A stretch of DNA of 59,586 bases from Candidatus Chloroploca sp. Khr17 (GTDB lineage: Bacteria > Chloroflexota > Chloroflexia > Chloroflexales > Chloroflexaceae), in contig NZ_RYFF01000020.1 in the NCBI RefSeq assembly GCF_004138165.1, positions 33,982 through 93,567 of the forward strand, written 5' to 3'. Positions 44,465-53,472 of the stretch are shown here, piece by piece. Position 1 is the stretch's first letter, and each line of letters begins with the position of its first letter. The notes below the pieces were generated by a model. That model saw only the letters and a list, made by a program, of their open reading frames with translations. It was not told where the DNA came from and did no database searches. The translations under genes were made by a program, and so were the position numbers.

Positions 44465-45865
44465 CTATTGCAGTGGCTTCCCTTGATCTGGTTGAACCGA
44501 TGTTGGAAATACATAGCTGCGGTTGAACTCAGCGCAGAGGTCAGCCGCACTACGACAGGCCAGTTCAACTTGACGTACGATCAGACGACCTTGAAATTCG
44601 AGCAACTCACCAATGCGCTGGGATGGACGTGGTTGGGTCAAGGTTTCAAGCACATTGCGCACTACATCACGTAGGCGTATATGGGTACGCCAACCACCAG
44701 GAAAGAGTTGTTCAGTCACAATACGTACTACGTTATCATCACTCAACACGACTTGGACTTCAGGCGCTTGCTGCGGAAACTGTGAACCAGGATCAAGCTT
44801 AATAGCTTTGATCTGTAGCGGCTCTGTTTGCGCAACTGGCGCGACATTTACCATCCCCTCCGGCGTTTGCTGGGGTGCTGGGATTATCTCAGGGATATTC
44901 AGGGTCATTAGGGGCGGATGCGTAAAGGTAATCGTATACCAAACTCCGTTATCATCGCGCGTATGTACCTCCAGATGCGCCCCAGATCGCAAGGTCTGGC
45001 AGTACTGTTCCAGATCCTGTTGTTCGCGTGCAAAGCGGCCAGGAAGGGGAGGGATTGGCGGAATGCTTGCATCAGGTGGTGAACCTGAGAAAGGTGGTAT
45101 TTCAGGCGGCACGAAATCAGTCGCTGAACGACGAGTGTAAGAGGAACTTTCTAGATCGATGACCTCCAGGGTATCAGGAGGTTCCACATCTAGTGTGTAA
45201 GGTGAGGTATGTGGCTGCACCGGAGGATGGGAATGCAGATTGGCCCGGGCAGCACGGAGATCGGCCGGGTTGACTCCCCAGCGATCAGCAGTTCCTGATG
45301 TTGCGTGAGGAGGTTTTGGCGCAACTGTCTGTTGTTCTAGCGCAACCAGACCATCCAACAAGACGCGAAGGTCGCCTTCGACAAGCTCACATGGCACAGG
45401 CGTCGCACTCATCGTCTCACGGGGATAGTAGTGCCCATGGAGCAGAAATGTACCATCTTCAATGGTTACAAGTGGGGTGAAGATACCGTGGGGCAAATGA
45501 TAGGACTCATCGCTCAAGATATCGACCACCTGAAGCGTATCACCCGAACTTGGCCGATGCAAACCTGGCGGATGCTTATGCCACTCACCAACATAATCAA
45601 CGTGGTAGGTGGCGTAGTGCTGACGCCACGTTTCCAGGTCGCGTTGGCGAGCAAGTGCATCTGGAGCATAGGTATGCGCCCGTCGGTCGGCATTGCTACC
45701 AGGACCAGAGGCTGCCACAACGACGAGGTGGAGTCCATCGGGGAGTTGGAACATACGTCCAACCAGGATGCCGCCGGTCTCACGTCCAGGGCTCGTACAT
45801 GCCTCGTCGTACATCCGCTGATAGACATCTTGTTGGGCCAGATAGACGGTATTTGGTACTGGCAT
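44465..45865 (-). CDS. JAMM/JAB (MPN+) metalloprotease, a deubiquitinase-like protein, with a long Pro-rich C-terminal extension.
   Basis: ETGGILVG (Glu) and GEWHKHPPGLHRPSSGD (HxHx7SxxD). The start follows the E2 stop by 1 nt. Confidence 0.8.
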   Translation of the reverse strand: MPVPNTVYLAQQDVYQRMYDEACTSPGRETGGILVGRMFQLPDGLHLVVVAASGPGSNADRRAHTYAPDALARQRDLETWRQHYATYHVDYVGEWHKHPPGLHRPSSGDTLQVVDILSDESYHLPHGIFTPLVTIEDGTFLLHGHYYPRETMSATPVPCELVEGDLRVLLDGLVALEQQTVAPKPPHATSGTADRWGVNPADLRAARANLHSHPPVQPHTSPYTLDVEPPDTLEVIDLESSSYTRRSATDFVPPEIPPFSGSPPDASIPPIPPLPGRFAREQQDLEQYCQTLRSGAHLEVHTRDDNGVWYTITFTHPPLMTLNIPEIIPAPQQTPEGMVNVAPVAQTEPLQIKAIKLDPGSQFPQQAPEVQVVLSDDNVVRIVTEQLFPGGWRTHIRLRDVVRNVLETLTQPRPSQRIGELLEFQGRLIVRQVELACRSAADLCAEFNRSYVFPTSVQPDQGKPLQ

Positions 45866-45866
45866 G

Positions 45867-46322
45867 TTAGTCTGCCTCAATTCCAGGCCAATAGGTTTTC
45901 CCTGACTCAAGCCAGGTTTCGTAGGCAAAGAACCAAGCGGCGGCTACCGCGATCACGGTTGCTGCCGTGGTTTGCTGGGCAAACGAACGATCACCAGGGT
46001 AGTAGAGGCATAGGTGTCCATCGTTATACTGGTGCTTGAGGCGGCCTGCTTGCTCGTCCTTCCAGACGGTAATCGCTGGGTTAATGGGATAAACTTTAGG
46101 CGGATCATCGGGAAAGTTGTCAGGATAGTAGAGTGCAATCTCATAGCGCCTTTCGCGATTACTCTCTAAGGTGCCGATCCAGACCAACTGGTTACTATCA
46201 CGCACGAGCTGAAACTGGGGAAAGCGCGTTTCCATAGCTCTCTTTTCCAGTACGAGTCGTGCGGGATTAAGGTCATACCACGCTGCATACCAGCGCATCG
46301 GACGGAGAATAGTTTGGCCCAT
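45867..46322 (-). CDS. E2-like ubiquitin-conjugating enzyme with a prokaryotic UBC fold and a catalytic Cys.
   Basis: ALYYPDNFPDDPPKVYPINP flap plus HQYNDGHLCLYYPGD. This is analogous to the UBC HPN...GxICL active site. Confidence 0.75.
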   Translation of the reverse strand: MGQTILRPMRWYAAWYDLNPARLVLEKRAMETRFPQFQLVRDSNQLVWIGTLESNRERRYEIALYYPDNFPDDPPKVYPINPAITVWKDEQAGRLKHQYNDGHLCLYYPGDRSFAQQTTAATVIAVAAAWFFAYETWLESGKTYWPGIEAD

Positions 46323-46387
46323 CGTAACTACCCTTATTCGTTGCTGCTTAACAGTGCTTTAGATGTCTATGTCCACAAGTGGATCGT

Positions 46388-46588
46388 TTATGCTCGTGTA
46401 AATAGGGCAAACCAGCGCTGCGGTTTAAGCACTGTCTTGCTCTGTGGATCGGTCTGCGCGACCTTGGGATCTTCTGGGACGTGCATCTTGCCATCCGGAC
46501 TGACGACAACTTCCTGTGCGGTGGCAAGACGCTTCTTAAGTTCTTCCAGGCTGGATTGTGGGCTACGAGGGGGTTGTGGCGTGCTCAT
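46388..46588 (-). CDS. Small hydrophilic ORF of 66 aa in the 318-nt gap between the membrane UEV gene and the E2 gene. Its coding status is doubtful.
   Basis: MSTPQPPRSPQSSLEELKKRL... There is no beta-grasp-like hydrophobic pattern and no C-terminal GlyGly. Confidence 0.2.
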   Translation of the reverse strand: MSTPQPPRSPQSSLEELKKRLATAQEVVVSPDGKMHVPEDPKVAQTDPQSKTVLKPQRWFALFTRA

Positions 46589-46640
46589 GGTGGTGTACCT
46601 CCTGGGATTTGCTGACACGACTGGTATACGTACAAGGGAA

Positions 46641-47357
46641 TTAGATAATACGTTCGGTATATTGTGCCCAAACCGACTGTTGCGTCGGTGGCTGGTTCGT
46701 GACTTGAGCATAAGAAATGAGGCCCAAAAGGTTGTTGACCACTGCCAGCAGTGAACTATTGCCATTCCAACTGCGCAGAACAGACGAATCAAGTGCGAGG
46801 TGATGTTCGGCTAGTTCACCACAGGCATCAAACCCGAGCATGGTGGCAATGAGCTGCGGTGCGATAATTGGATAGTCATCCGTACAAATGAGATGGATCG
46901 AGACATTCTCCCCATCACTCCGTGCCACCCGGATCTGAACACAGTACTCTTCGACATCCGGGCGCCCGGCGAGGCTCACCGCCTCGTAACCATTACTGCG
47001 TAACTTCGCTACTTCTTGCGTCAAACGTTGCACCACATTTATTGGGGTAACATCAATCACTTGGCGACTTGCAACTGGGGTTCCGGCTGGTGTAAAACCA
47101 CCCGCGCCGGAACTCCAGGTTGGTACCTGCGATGAAAGCGTCGAAGTGTCTTCATGGATTGGCATTGGAGGCGGGCGCATGGTGGGACTAGCCGGTGGGA
47201 GAATGAACGCTTTACCCTGTTTTGATGTTACTTCTGATTGGCTCGTTGTGGCGCGTCGCCCACTCCCGCCTCGTTGGAGTACGAAGACAACGAGGATCAG
47301 GACGACGAGAACGAGGACGCCCCCACCAGCAATGATCAGCAGAATTGATGTATCCAA
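46641..47357 (-). CDS. N-terminally membrane-anchored protein with a C-terminal UEV/RWD-like domain.
   Basis: TM segment ILLIIAGGGVLVLVVLILVVFVL. The UEV-like block EEYCVQIRVARSDGENVSIHLICTDDYPIIAPQL has no Cys at the catalytic position. TTG start preceded by an AGGAGG Shine-Dalgarno sequence. Confidence 0.6.
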   Translation of the reverse strand: MDTSILLIIAGGGVLVLVVLILVVFVLQRGGSGRRATTSQSEVTSKQGKAFILPPASPTMRPPPMPIHEDTSTLSSQVPTWSSGAGGFTPAGTPVASRQVIDVTPINVVQRLTQEVAKLRSNGYEAVSLAGRPDVEEYCVQIRVARSDGENVSIHLICTDDYPIIAPQLIATMLGFDACGELAEHHLALDSSVLRSWNGNSSLLAVVNNLLGLISYAQVTNQPPTQQSVWAQYTERII

Positions 47358-47365
47358 GACGCCTC

Positions 47366-49150
47366 CTAGCGGGGTATGATGCGTACCAGATAAGTCGCAC
47401 TGGTACTCAGATCCAGGTTCGCTTCGCCTACCATCGGCAATTCCGCCAGGCTCAGCAAGTAACGTCCACTGGGTAGGGCCGCACTCGCGACACCTGTCTG
47501 ATCAGTCACGATCTGGCGATTGCCGCTCGATCCCACAAGGTTGAGTACCAGATTAGAGGTAGGTGCAATAATCAGCAGATTGACCGGATCGCCATTGATC
47601 TGCGTTGCGAGACGACGATCCGTAAGCAAACGCGTCCATTCAGATGCATCGAGTCGGGTTGTAATGATTTGATAGGCACTCGTGCTTGCAAGCAAAGCTT
47701 CGGCTTCGCGCTTGAGTTGGCGCGCACTTTCCCCACGATCCTCTGCAACCTGAGCAAGGCTAAGTGCGGCGTTGGCCTGAGCGAGCGCGTCGGTGCCAAC
47801 TGTCCCGCCGCGTTCGAGCAAGGCTAGACCGTAACCGACATAAGAATCGTAGAGCCACTGCTCGACGGTGCGTACCGCAGGGTCGCTTGTGTTAGGCCTT
47901 AATTGCACGGCCTGTTCAAGTTCGCTGATCAGGGCGGGCCATGTAGCGACACTTGCATCGCGGAATTGTGTCGCCCGTGCAATCCACTTCAAACGATCAG
48001 CTAGTCCTTCAAGATCTTGCTCCAGAGTTGCAGCAAGTACATAATGCTCGTGAGACTCAATGACATCCGTGGCAAAGAGGAGGTCACCCCATGCCAGCTG
48101 GGCTTGTGCCAAGCGGGTCTTGACGCCTATCGCTGCTTCAGGACTCTGCGCTTCAGGGTGGAGAACATGGATCTGTTCAAGCAGGGCTACTACTTGTGCC
48201 CAACTTGCCGTGGTATTCACTGCCCATAGTTGCTCGGCCTCAGTCCAGAGCGTCTTCGTCCGGGCTTCGATAACAGCAACTAGTCCAGCCTGAGCATCAG
48301 AGGAGGCTGGATCAAGCGCGAGAGCCTGGCGAAACATGGCTTCCGCCTGATCAAGTTGGTTCGCTTCGAGGAGTGCGGACGCATAACGCTCATAGGCGGT
48401 GATGAGCGGGATTGGATTGGCAACCAGGCTACCGCAACTACCACCCACCCCGCTCTGACCACGGTTGTGCATTGCTTCGAGGGTATGGGTTACTTGCGCG
48501 AGGGATTCGCGATCACCGACTGCATAGGCTTGAGCCACGAACTGCTGCTCGGAAGCGCACGGATCGTAGAGCAAGGTATAGTAGAGTAGCAACCCCCCGG
48601 CAATGAGCAGGGTGACACCTCCACCTACCACGGCTAAGATCTTCCCTGTGGCGGAACGACGCGTTGGGGTAGGAAGGGGACGTTCTTCACGAGGTGGCAA
48701 CTCCTTAGGGAATGGCACATCAAGTGGTGGCATGGGGGCCACCGGTTCAGCAATGCGTGCAAGCCGTAGATTGGAACTCTGTACGCTGTCCTGGACTTCC
48801 AGAACGATTTCGTAGAGCATCTGGCGACTCGACCAACTGAGACGGGTTTTTGACTCGACATCAATCGGGAGTTCTTGTAACTCGCCGTAGCTTGTTGTGC
48901 CGGGTGTGGTCACGGTGACCACAAGATTGGGCGCCGTAGCTGGAAAATTTGCATCAAGCTGGAAGTAGAGATGCACCGGCTGTGGCCCTTCGTGCGTGTC
49001 ACGAACCAACTCTACTGTTAAGTAGTAGCGCTGAGCACTCGCGTCCTGCTGGAGGTCGCAAGCATAGCCCATATCACGGATGGCCTTGACCTCTTGACCA
49101 ATGCGCTCAGCGTGACTTTGGTCAGCGGCCATGGGGGGGAGGGATGACAT
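47366..49150 (-). CDS. N-terminal UEV/RWD-like domain, then one TM helix, then an extracytoplasmic TPR-like helical-repeat region. 594 aa.
   Basis: YYLTVELVRDTHEGPQPVHLYFQLDANFPATAPNLVV; TM segment ILAVVGGGVTLLIAGGLLLYYTLLY; TPR-like repeats. Confidence 0.65.
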   Translation of the reverse strand: MSSLPPMAADQSHAERIGQEVKAIRDMGYACDLQQDASAQRYYLTVELVRDTHEGPQPVHLYFQLDANFPATAPNLVVTVTTPGTTSYGELQELPIDVESKTRLSWSSRQMLYEIVLEVQDSVQSSNLRLARIAEPVAPMPPLDVPFPKELPPREERPLPTPTRRSATGKILAVVGGGVTLLIAGGLLLYYTLLYDPCASEQQFVAQAYAVGDRESLAQVTHTLEAMHNRGQSGVGGSCGSLVANPIPLITAYERYASALLEANQLDQAEAMFRQALALDPASSDAQAGLVAVIEARTKTLWTEAEQLWAVNTTASWAQVVALLEQIHVLHPEAQSPEAAIGVKTRLAQAQLAWGDLLFATDVIESHEHYVLAATLEQDLEGLADRLKWIARATQFRDASVATWPALISELEQAVQLRPNTSDPAVRTVEQWLYDSYVGYGLALLERGGTVGTDALAQANAALSLAQVAEDRGESARQLKREAEALLASTSAYQIITTRLDASEWTRLLTDRRLATQINGDPVNLLIIAPTSNLVLNLVGSSGNRQIVTDQTGVASAALPSGRYLLSLAELPMVGEANLDLSTSATYLVRIIPR

Positions 49151-49207
49151 AGCAACTACTCTCTTGTAAGCGACGCGAATGCCCAGCGTTGACGAGCCTT
49201 ACGAAAC

Positions 49208-50017
49208 TCAGATCCGGCCATAGAGATCAGTAACAATCGTTGCCAGACGACACGAACCGTCCCAGGGGAAGAAGATTCCGGAACCAATATTGAGCGAGGT
49301 GCCATGGCGCTCGACAACCACGGAAGGTGGTTGCTGAGGGTAAGTTGGCTCACACACCATATAGATCGTCGTCCCATCCTGTGGTCGGGTAACGGTTACG
49401 CAGCACGTGCCGTCTTGGAGGGTATTGATCTGGACGGTGCCAAATTGGGCCAGTGCTATGCGCTCACCAGCGATACGCTCGGCGAGATCCAAACTAGGAC
49501 GAGGTGTGGCTCCCCCTACCGTCTGGTGCGGGCTAGGTGGTGGATCAGGTGGTAGTAATGGCCCCGAACTACGTAGCCCAGCAGTAGGGGAGGCGTTCGT
49601 TCTAGCTATGAGTCCGCTCGTCCGGAGATTGCCGTCCGACCTAGAGGCTATAGTAGGCCCGCGGCCCATTGAACTGCCAAGCACGAGGCCAAGCAGTAGG
49701 CCGGGAGCTGTCCCAAGCAGCATTGCCACACTGTACATACGCAAACTCCCAAGGGCTAGTCCTAGATTATCGCTCAGCAGCATATTTAGGACACCACAAA
49801 GCAGCACAAAGACGAGCGCACTAGCTGCGGGGCCAACGAAGATCGCCCAGTGGTAACCTTGTGCGACACGCCCGCGTAAGAGTAGACCTCCACCCAGGCC
49901 CCCGATGATCAGCCCGATCATTGCCAGAGCTAGAACCACCAGCGGGTTCGTGCTGATCAATAGGCCCATGCCCAGGAAGAAGAGACAACTGACGATGATA
50001 ACCATTGCTGCAAGCAT
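49208..50017 (-). CDS. Four-TM membrane domain fused to a C-terminal UEV/RWD-like domain.
   Basis: N-terminal 4 hydrophobic helices. C-terminal block TTIYMVCEPTYPQQPPSVVVERHG. Confidence 0.6.
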   Translation of the reverse strand: MLAAMVIIVSCLFFLGMGLLISTNPLVVLALAMIGLIIGGLGGGLLLRGRVAQGYHWAIFVGPAASALVFVLLCGVLNMLLSDNLGLALGSLRMYSVAMLLGTAPGLLLGLVLGSSMGRGPTIASRSDGNLRTSGLIARTNASPTAGLRSSGPLLPPDPPPSPHQTVGGATPRPSLDLAERIAGERIALAQFGTVQINTLQDGTCCVTVTRPQDGTTIYMVCEPTYPQQPPSVVVERHGTSLNIGSGIFFPWDGSCRLATIVTDLYGRI

Positions 50018-50020
50018 GGG

Positions 50021-52735
50021 TTATTCCTCCAGGCTAACAGTAATTTTGTAGTATTTCGATTTCTCGAAGCTAAACTCAATTGCTGTTGATCGAATTTTTG
50101 TTTCACCACCTACTGATTCCACTGTCAGTCTATTGCGGCCATCAATATTCATAAACTTAAAGCTTACACGAATTTCAGAATCTCCTCCTCTTAAAATTGC
50201 ATCACTAGGCCCTACGAGAAGTACATTAACATTTGGAGGCGGCGTTCCACCATTGGCTTCGGTCATCTCATTCTCTGAAATTTCACTAATTGCGATTCTA
50301 TATAGGGGCCATGTAGCTTCCTCAGCCGTTTGGGTTTGGGTTTGGGCTTGCGCCAGAGCCTCCGCTTGTGCGGTAGCAGCAACAGCAGAGGCTGTGGCTT
50401 CAGCATTAGCGGTGGCACTAGCAGCAGCAGCAGCAGCAGCAGTAGCGCTGGCCTGGGCCACAGCCGTGGTCGTTTGCGCCTGTGCGGTTGCGGCGGGGTT
50501 AGGTGTGGGGCGGGGTGTAGAGACATCAGCAGCCAAGGCACGATTAGCACTTTCCTTTAGCTTGGCAACTGTCTCTGCTGTCTCTGCTGTCTCTGCTGAG
50601 CTCGGCCTGACGGCTTCACTACCAAAGTCGTCGAGTTGCTCCAGCAAGCTTAATGCGTCTAAGACCGCACGCCAATCAGTACGATTGAGCGCCTCTTCAA
50701 CTTCAGACCATAACTCATCGGCCTGCGTCTGGGTAGTATTGGCATCATCAATGGACTGATCTAATGCATCATCACCACGCTCATTCGTACGCAAAAAATC
50801 TGCATTTACCCTGGCTTCATTGATCTGAGCCTGTGCATCGTCAAGCTTCCCATCCCGCCAGAGAGCACGGGCATATTTTAGGCGGGTCTCAGACTGGATT
50901 TTAGCCACGTCTGATATGCGTGGATCACCTCCTTGAAATGCAACAGGATCCGGTAAAAGGCCAGTAGTTGCTACAATTTCGTCAAGGATCCTCACCGCCT
51001 GTTGCCAATTACCATCGTCTACTGCTTTATCGTAGCTGGCCCACTCGGCCTCTAACCGCTGCACGTCACCAAGAGCATCAACAGCTTGACGGATCTCAGT
51101 ACGTAGTGCGCTGAGTTCCTCCTGTAAGGAGCGCGAGATTTGGCTGTCATTGCCTTCCGGCCAATTAGTAGATAACAGCGTTCGTGCCTCTACCAGTTTC
51201 TGTGCTTCCACGTTTTCAGTATCAATCTTTGTACGCACCTCGGCCATGAGCACTTTCACGAACCAATCGTTAGCTCGTTGCTTCGCTTCGTCATCCATAC
51301 TCAAAGCAGCACGCTGAGCCTGCTTCGCTACCTCGCGTGCGAGGTCGAACTCAGGTGGCTCAGCAGCAAGATAATCGTTGATTAACAGTAGGCGCGCATC
51401 ATGGATCAATTGCGTGATGTCGCGTCCTCGTGGGTCCGTAGTTTCACCTTCTTTAAGTCGTTCCTGTAACTTAGCAATGCGCTCTGAAAGCGAGAGGTTA
51501 GGATTATCTATTTCGATCCACATAGCGATGGCGGTCTGGGTTTGGGTAGCCTGAAGAGCAGCAGTCGCCGTTGCGTCGCTCGCTGTCTGATCCAGAGTTA
51601 AAGTTGCGCTAGGTGTCTGTTCGATCCCAGTCAATGGTTCCTGGCCCTGTGGTTGACCAACCTGCTCACCACTGGACCAGATCTGCCAACCGACAAAGCC
51701 AAATAAACCAAGCGCTACGAGTGATAAGGCCGCAACGAGAACAACAAAGCCTCCATTCTGGCGTTTCCTTGCCGCAGTTCTCGATGGCGGCGAAACCGGG
51801 CTAGGCGTTGATGGATGCACGACAGGAGCAATGGGCAGTGCAGCGGCGACGGGCATCGCACGAAGAACGCCCTCGACTACATCAACCAAGTGTGAATTGC
51901 CGTTATGATAGGTCCACTGGTTAATCACACCATCATCGTTCTGTGGCAACGCAGTGCCAGCCCGTTCAATGGCTACCAGGGCCGGTGGTACTCGTGGGAA
52001 GTCATTCGGGGCCATCAGATAGATCGTGAGATCAGGATGCTGGTTCGTGCGGACTTCAAAGAAGAAATTCGTATCTTGGCTCTTCAGCGTCACCTGATAG
52101 CCCCGCTCACGAAGCAAACGATGCTCTTCGCCAATACGATCATTGATCGGTGGGCTGCTTGCACCATCAGCTCGCTCGCGCTGGATCAGAGGATGCTCAT
52201 CATCAATTTCATGCACACGTGAAGCCTGAATTTCTACAAAAGGCTCACGCCGTTGCGCCATTTGGCGACTCATGTAGTAGTAACGGATGGTAAACTCACC
52301 GCGATCAACCCAGACAATCGGGTTAATGATCTCATTGATTTTATAGGCCGGATCGCGAAAGACGGCATGGGCAGTGGCGACATCACCCGCACTAAATGTC
52401 TGGTAACGTGCAGGATGTTTATGCCATGTGCCGATATAATCTGTTTTCGGGTAGCGGGCGTGATATTCTTGTAACTTACCGTTAACATAGTCAATGTCGG
52501 GATTAAATTCCACCGGATGGTGATACGCATTTTCACCCGGCCCAGTGGCTGCAATGATCAATAGCTGAACGATCTCTTCCCCATCAAGACGTCGTCCAAC
52601 CAGGATGCCCCCAGTCTCATTTTCCAAACTCGTTGTACTACCTCGCCGGGCTTCCTCTTCAATCAGGCGGCGGGCTGAACGCGTGATATAAATCTTACCA
52701 GGGAGCGGTGACTTCTGGGTACTGAGCTGTGACAT
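50021..52735 (-). CDS. First gene of the island, 904 aa. It has a JAMM/JAB protease domain, a UEV/RWD-like domain, one TM helix, and a long coiled-coil/Ala-rich extracytoplasmic region with a small C-terminal beta-domain.
   Basis: ETGGILVG and GTWHKHPARYQTFSAGD (JAMM); FFFEVRTNQHPDLTIYLMAPNDFPRVPPALV (UEV flap); TM segment FVVLVAALSLVALGLFGFVGWQIW. The last 270 nt are very low in GC. Confidence 0.75.
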   Translation of the reverse strand: MSQLSTQKSPLPGKIYITRSARRLIEEEARRGSTTSLENETGGILVGRRLDGEEIVQLLIIAATGPGENAYHHPVEFNPDIDYVNGKLQEYHARYPKTDYIGTWHKHPARYQTFSAGDVATAHAVFRDPAYKINEIINPIVWVDRGEFTIRYYYMSRQMAQRREPFVEIQASRVHEIDDEHPLIQRERADGASSPPINDRIGEEHRLLRERGYQVTLKSQDTNFFFEVRTNQHPDLTIYLMAPNDFPRVPPALVAIERAGTALPQNDDGVINQWTYHNGNSHLVDVVEGVLRAMPVAAALPIAPVVHPSTPSPVSPPSRTAARKRQNGGFVVLVAALSLVALGLFGFVGWQIWSSGEQVGQPQGQEPLTGIEQTPSATLTLDQTASDATATAALQATQTQTAIAMWIEIDNPNLSLSERIAKLQERLKEGETTDPRGRDITQLIHDARLLLINDYLAAEPPEFDLAREVAKQAQRAALSMDDEAKQRANDWFVKVLMAEVRTKIDTENVEAQKLVEARTLLSTNWPEGNDSQISRSLQEELSALRTEIRQAVDALGDVQRLEAEWASYDKAVDDGNWQQAVRILDEIVATTGLLPDPVAFQGGDPRISDVAKIQSETRLKYARALWRDGKLDDAQAQINEARVNADFLRTNERGDDALDQSIDDANTTQTQADELWSEVEEALNRTDWRAVLDALSLLEQLDDFGSEAVRPSSAETAETAETVAKLKESANRALAADVSTPRPTPNPAATAQAQTTTAVAQASATAAAAAAASATANAEATASAVAATAQAEALAQAQTQTQTAEEATWPLYRIAISEISENEMTEANGGTPPPNVNVLLVGPSDAILRGGDSEIRVSFKFMNIDGRNRLTVESVGGETKIRSTAIEFSFEKSKYYKITVSLEE

Positions 52736-53202
52736 GCATCCTCCGAGACGACATGGGGTGCGAACGTTAGGACATCACTTTCTGATGAACATAATCTTGA
52801 TTCTTGAATAAGGTTCAGCGTCTTAATCTTGGTGAGCGATCTCTCTCTATAATCTTAGTAACAATCTTTGGAGGTTTGCGCTTGTGTTTTTTGCTCTGGT
52901 TGATCAAGGTGGTCAGGCTTGAACGCAGGGAAGCAGCGCACGCGGGCATGGTGACCGTGGTCGCTCGGTGAACGAACGAGATTCTTCAGTTCTTGGTTCG
53001 CATATGTACCGCAATTGCAGCTTCGGGCCGTGAACCGCGCGGCTTGTGGGCAGCGAAGGCTACCTGCGTGGCCTGATCCAGCCGACGAAGGTCGGCTTTG
53101 CCATGCGTCGCCGCCGCGTTGACGCCGACGGTCTGGGCGGATGGGTGCGTTCTGCCGGTTGGGGAATTTGCGCGCCTGGCTTTAGTGTCGTATCATGATA
53201 CT

Positions 53203-53469
53203 ATGGAGCTAAGCAGTCGCCACCGCAAGATGCTACGGGCCGTTTTTGCTGATCCCGTTCGCGCTGACGTGAAGTGGGCGGACGTTGAGACGCTGCTGCA
53301 TGCGCTTGGTGTCGACATTGGCGAAGGAAGAGGGTTACGCGTCCGGATCCAACTCAACGGTGTGCGCGCCGTCTTTCATCGACCGCATCCTATCCCGGAT
53401 ACCGACAAAGGTGCGCTTAGGTCATTACGACGGTTCCTAATAGAAGCAGGTGTGAAGCCGGAGGAATGA
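53203..53469 (+). CDS. hicA: HicA-like (YcfA family) type II toxin, an mRNA interferase.
   Basis: KMLRAVFADP...DVETLLHALG...GVRAVFHRPHP...ALRSLRRFLIEAGV fits the HicA pattern GSH...HP...vtvPhP...l..aGl. Start uncertain; the ORF track begins at 53098. Confidence 0.6.
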   Translation: MELSSRHRKMLRAVFADPVRADVKWADVETLLHALGVDIGEGRGLRVRIQLNGVRAVFHRPHPIPDTDKGALRSLRRFLIEAGVKPEE

Positions 53470-53472
53470 GCC

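Noticed and set aside
46314-46754. 146-aa plus-strand ORF in the E2/UEV intergenic gap.
   Set aside because: It runs opposite to an otherwise uniformly minus-strand operon, is Cys/Arg-rich and low-complexity, and overlaps the UEV gene 3' end.
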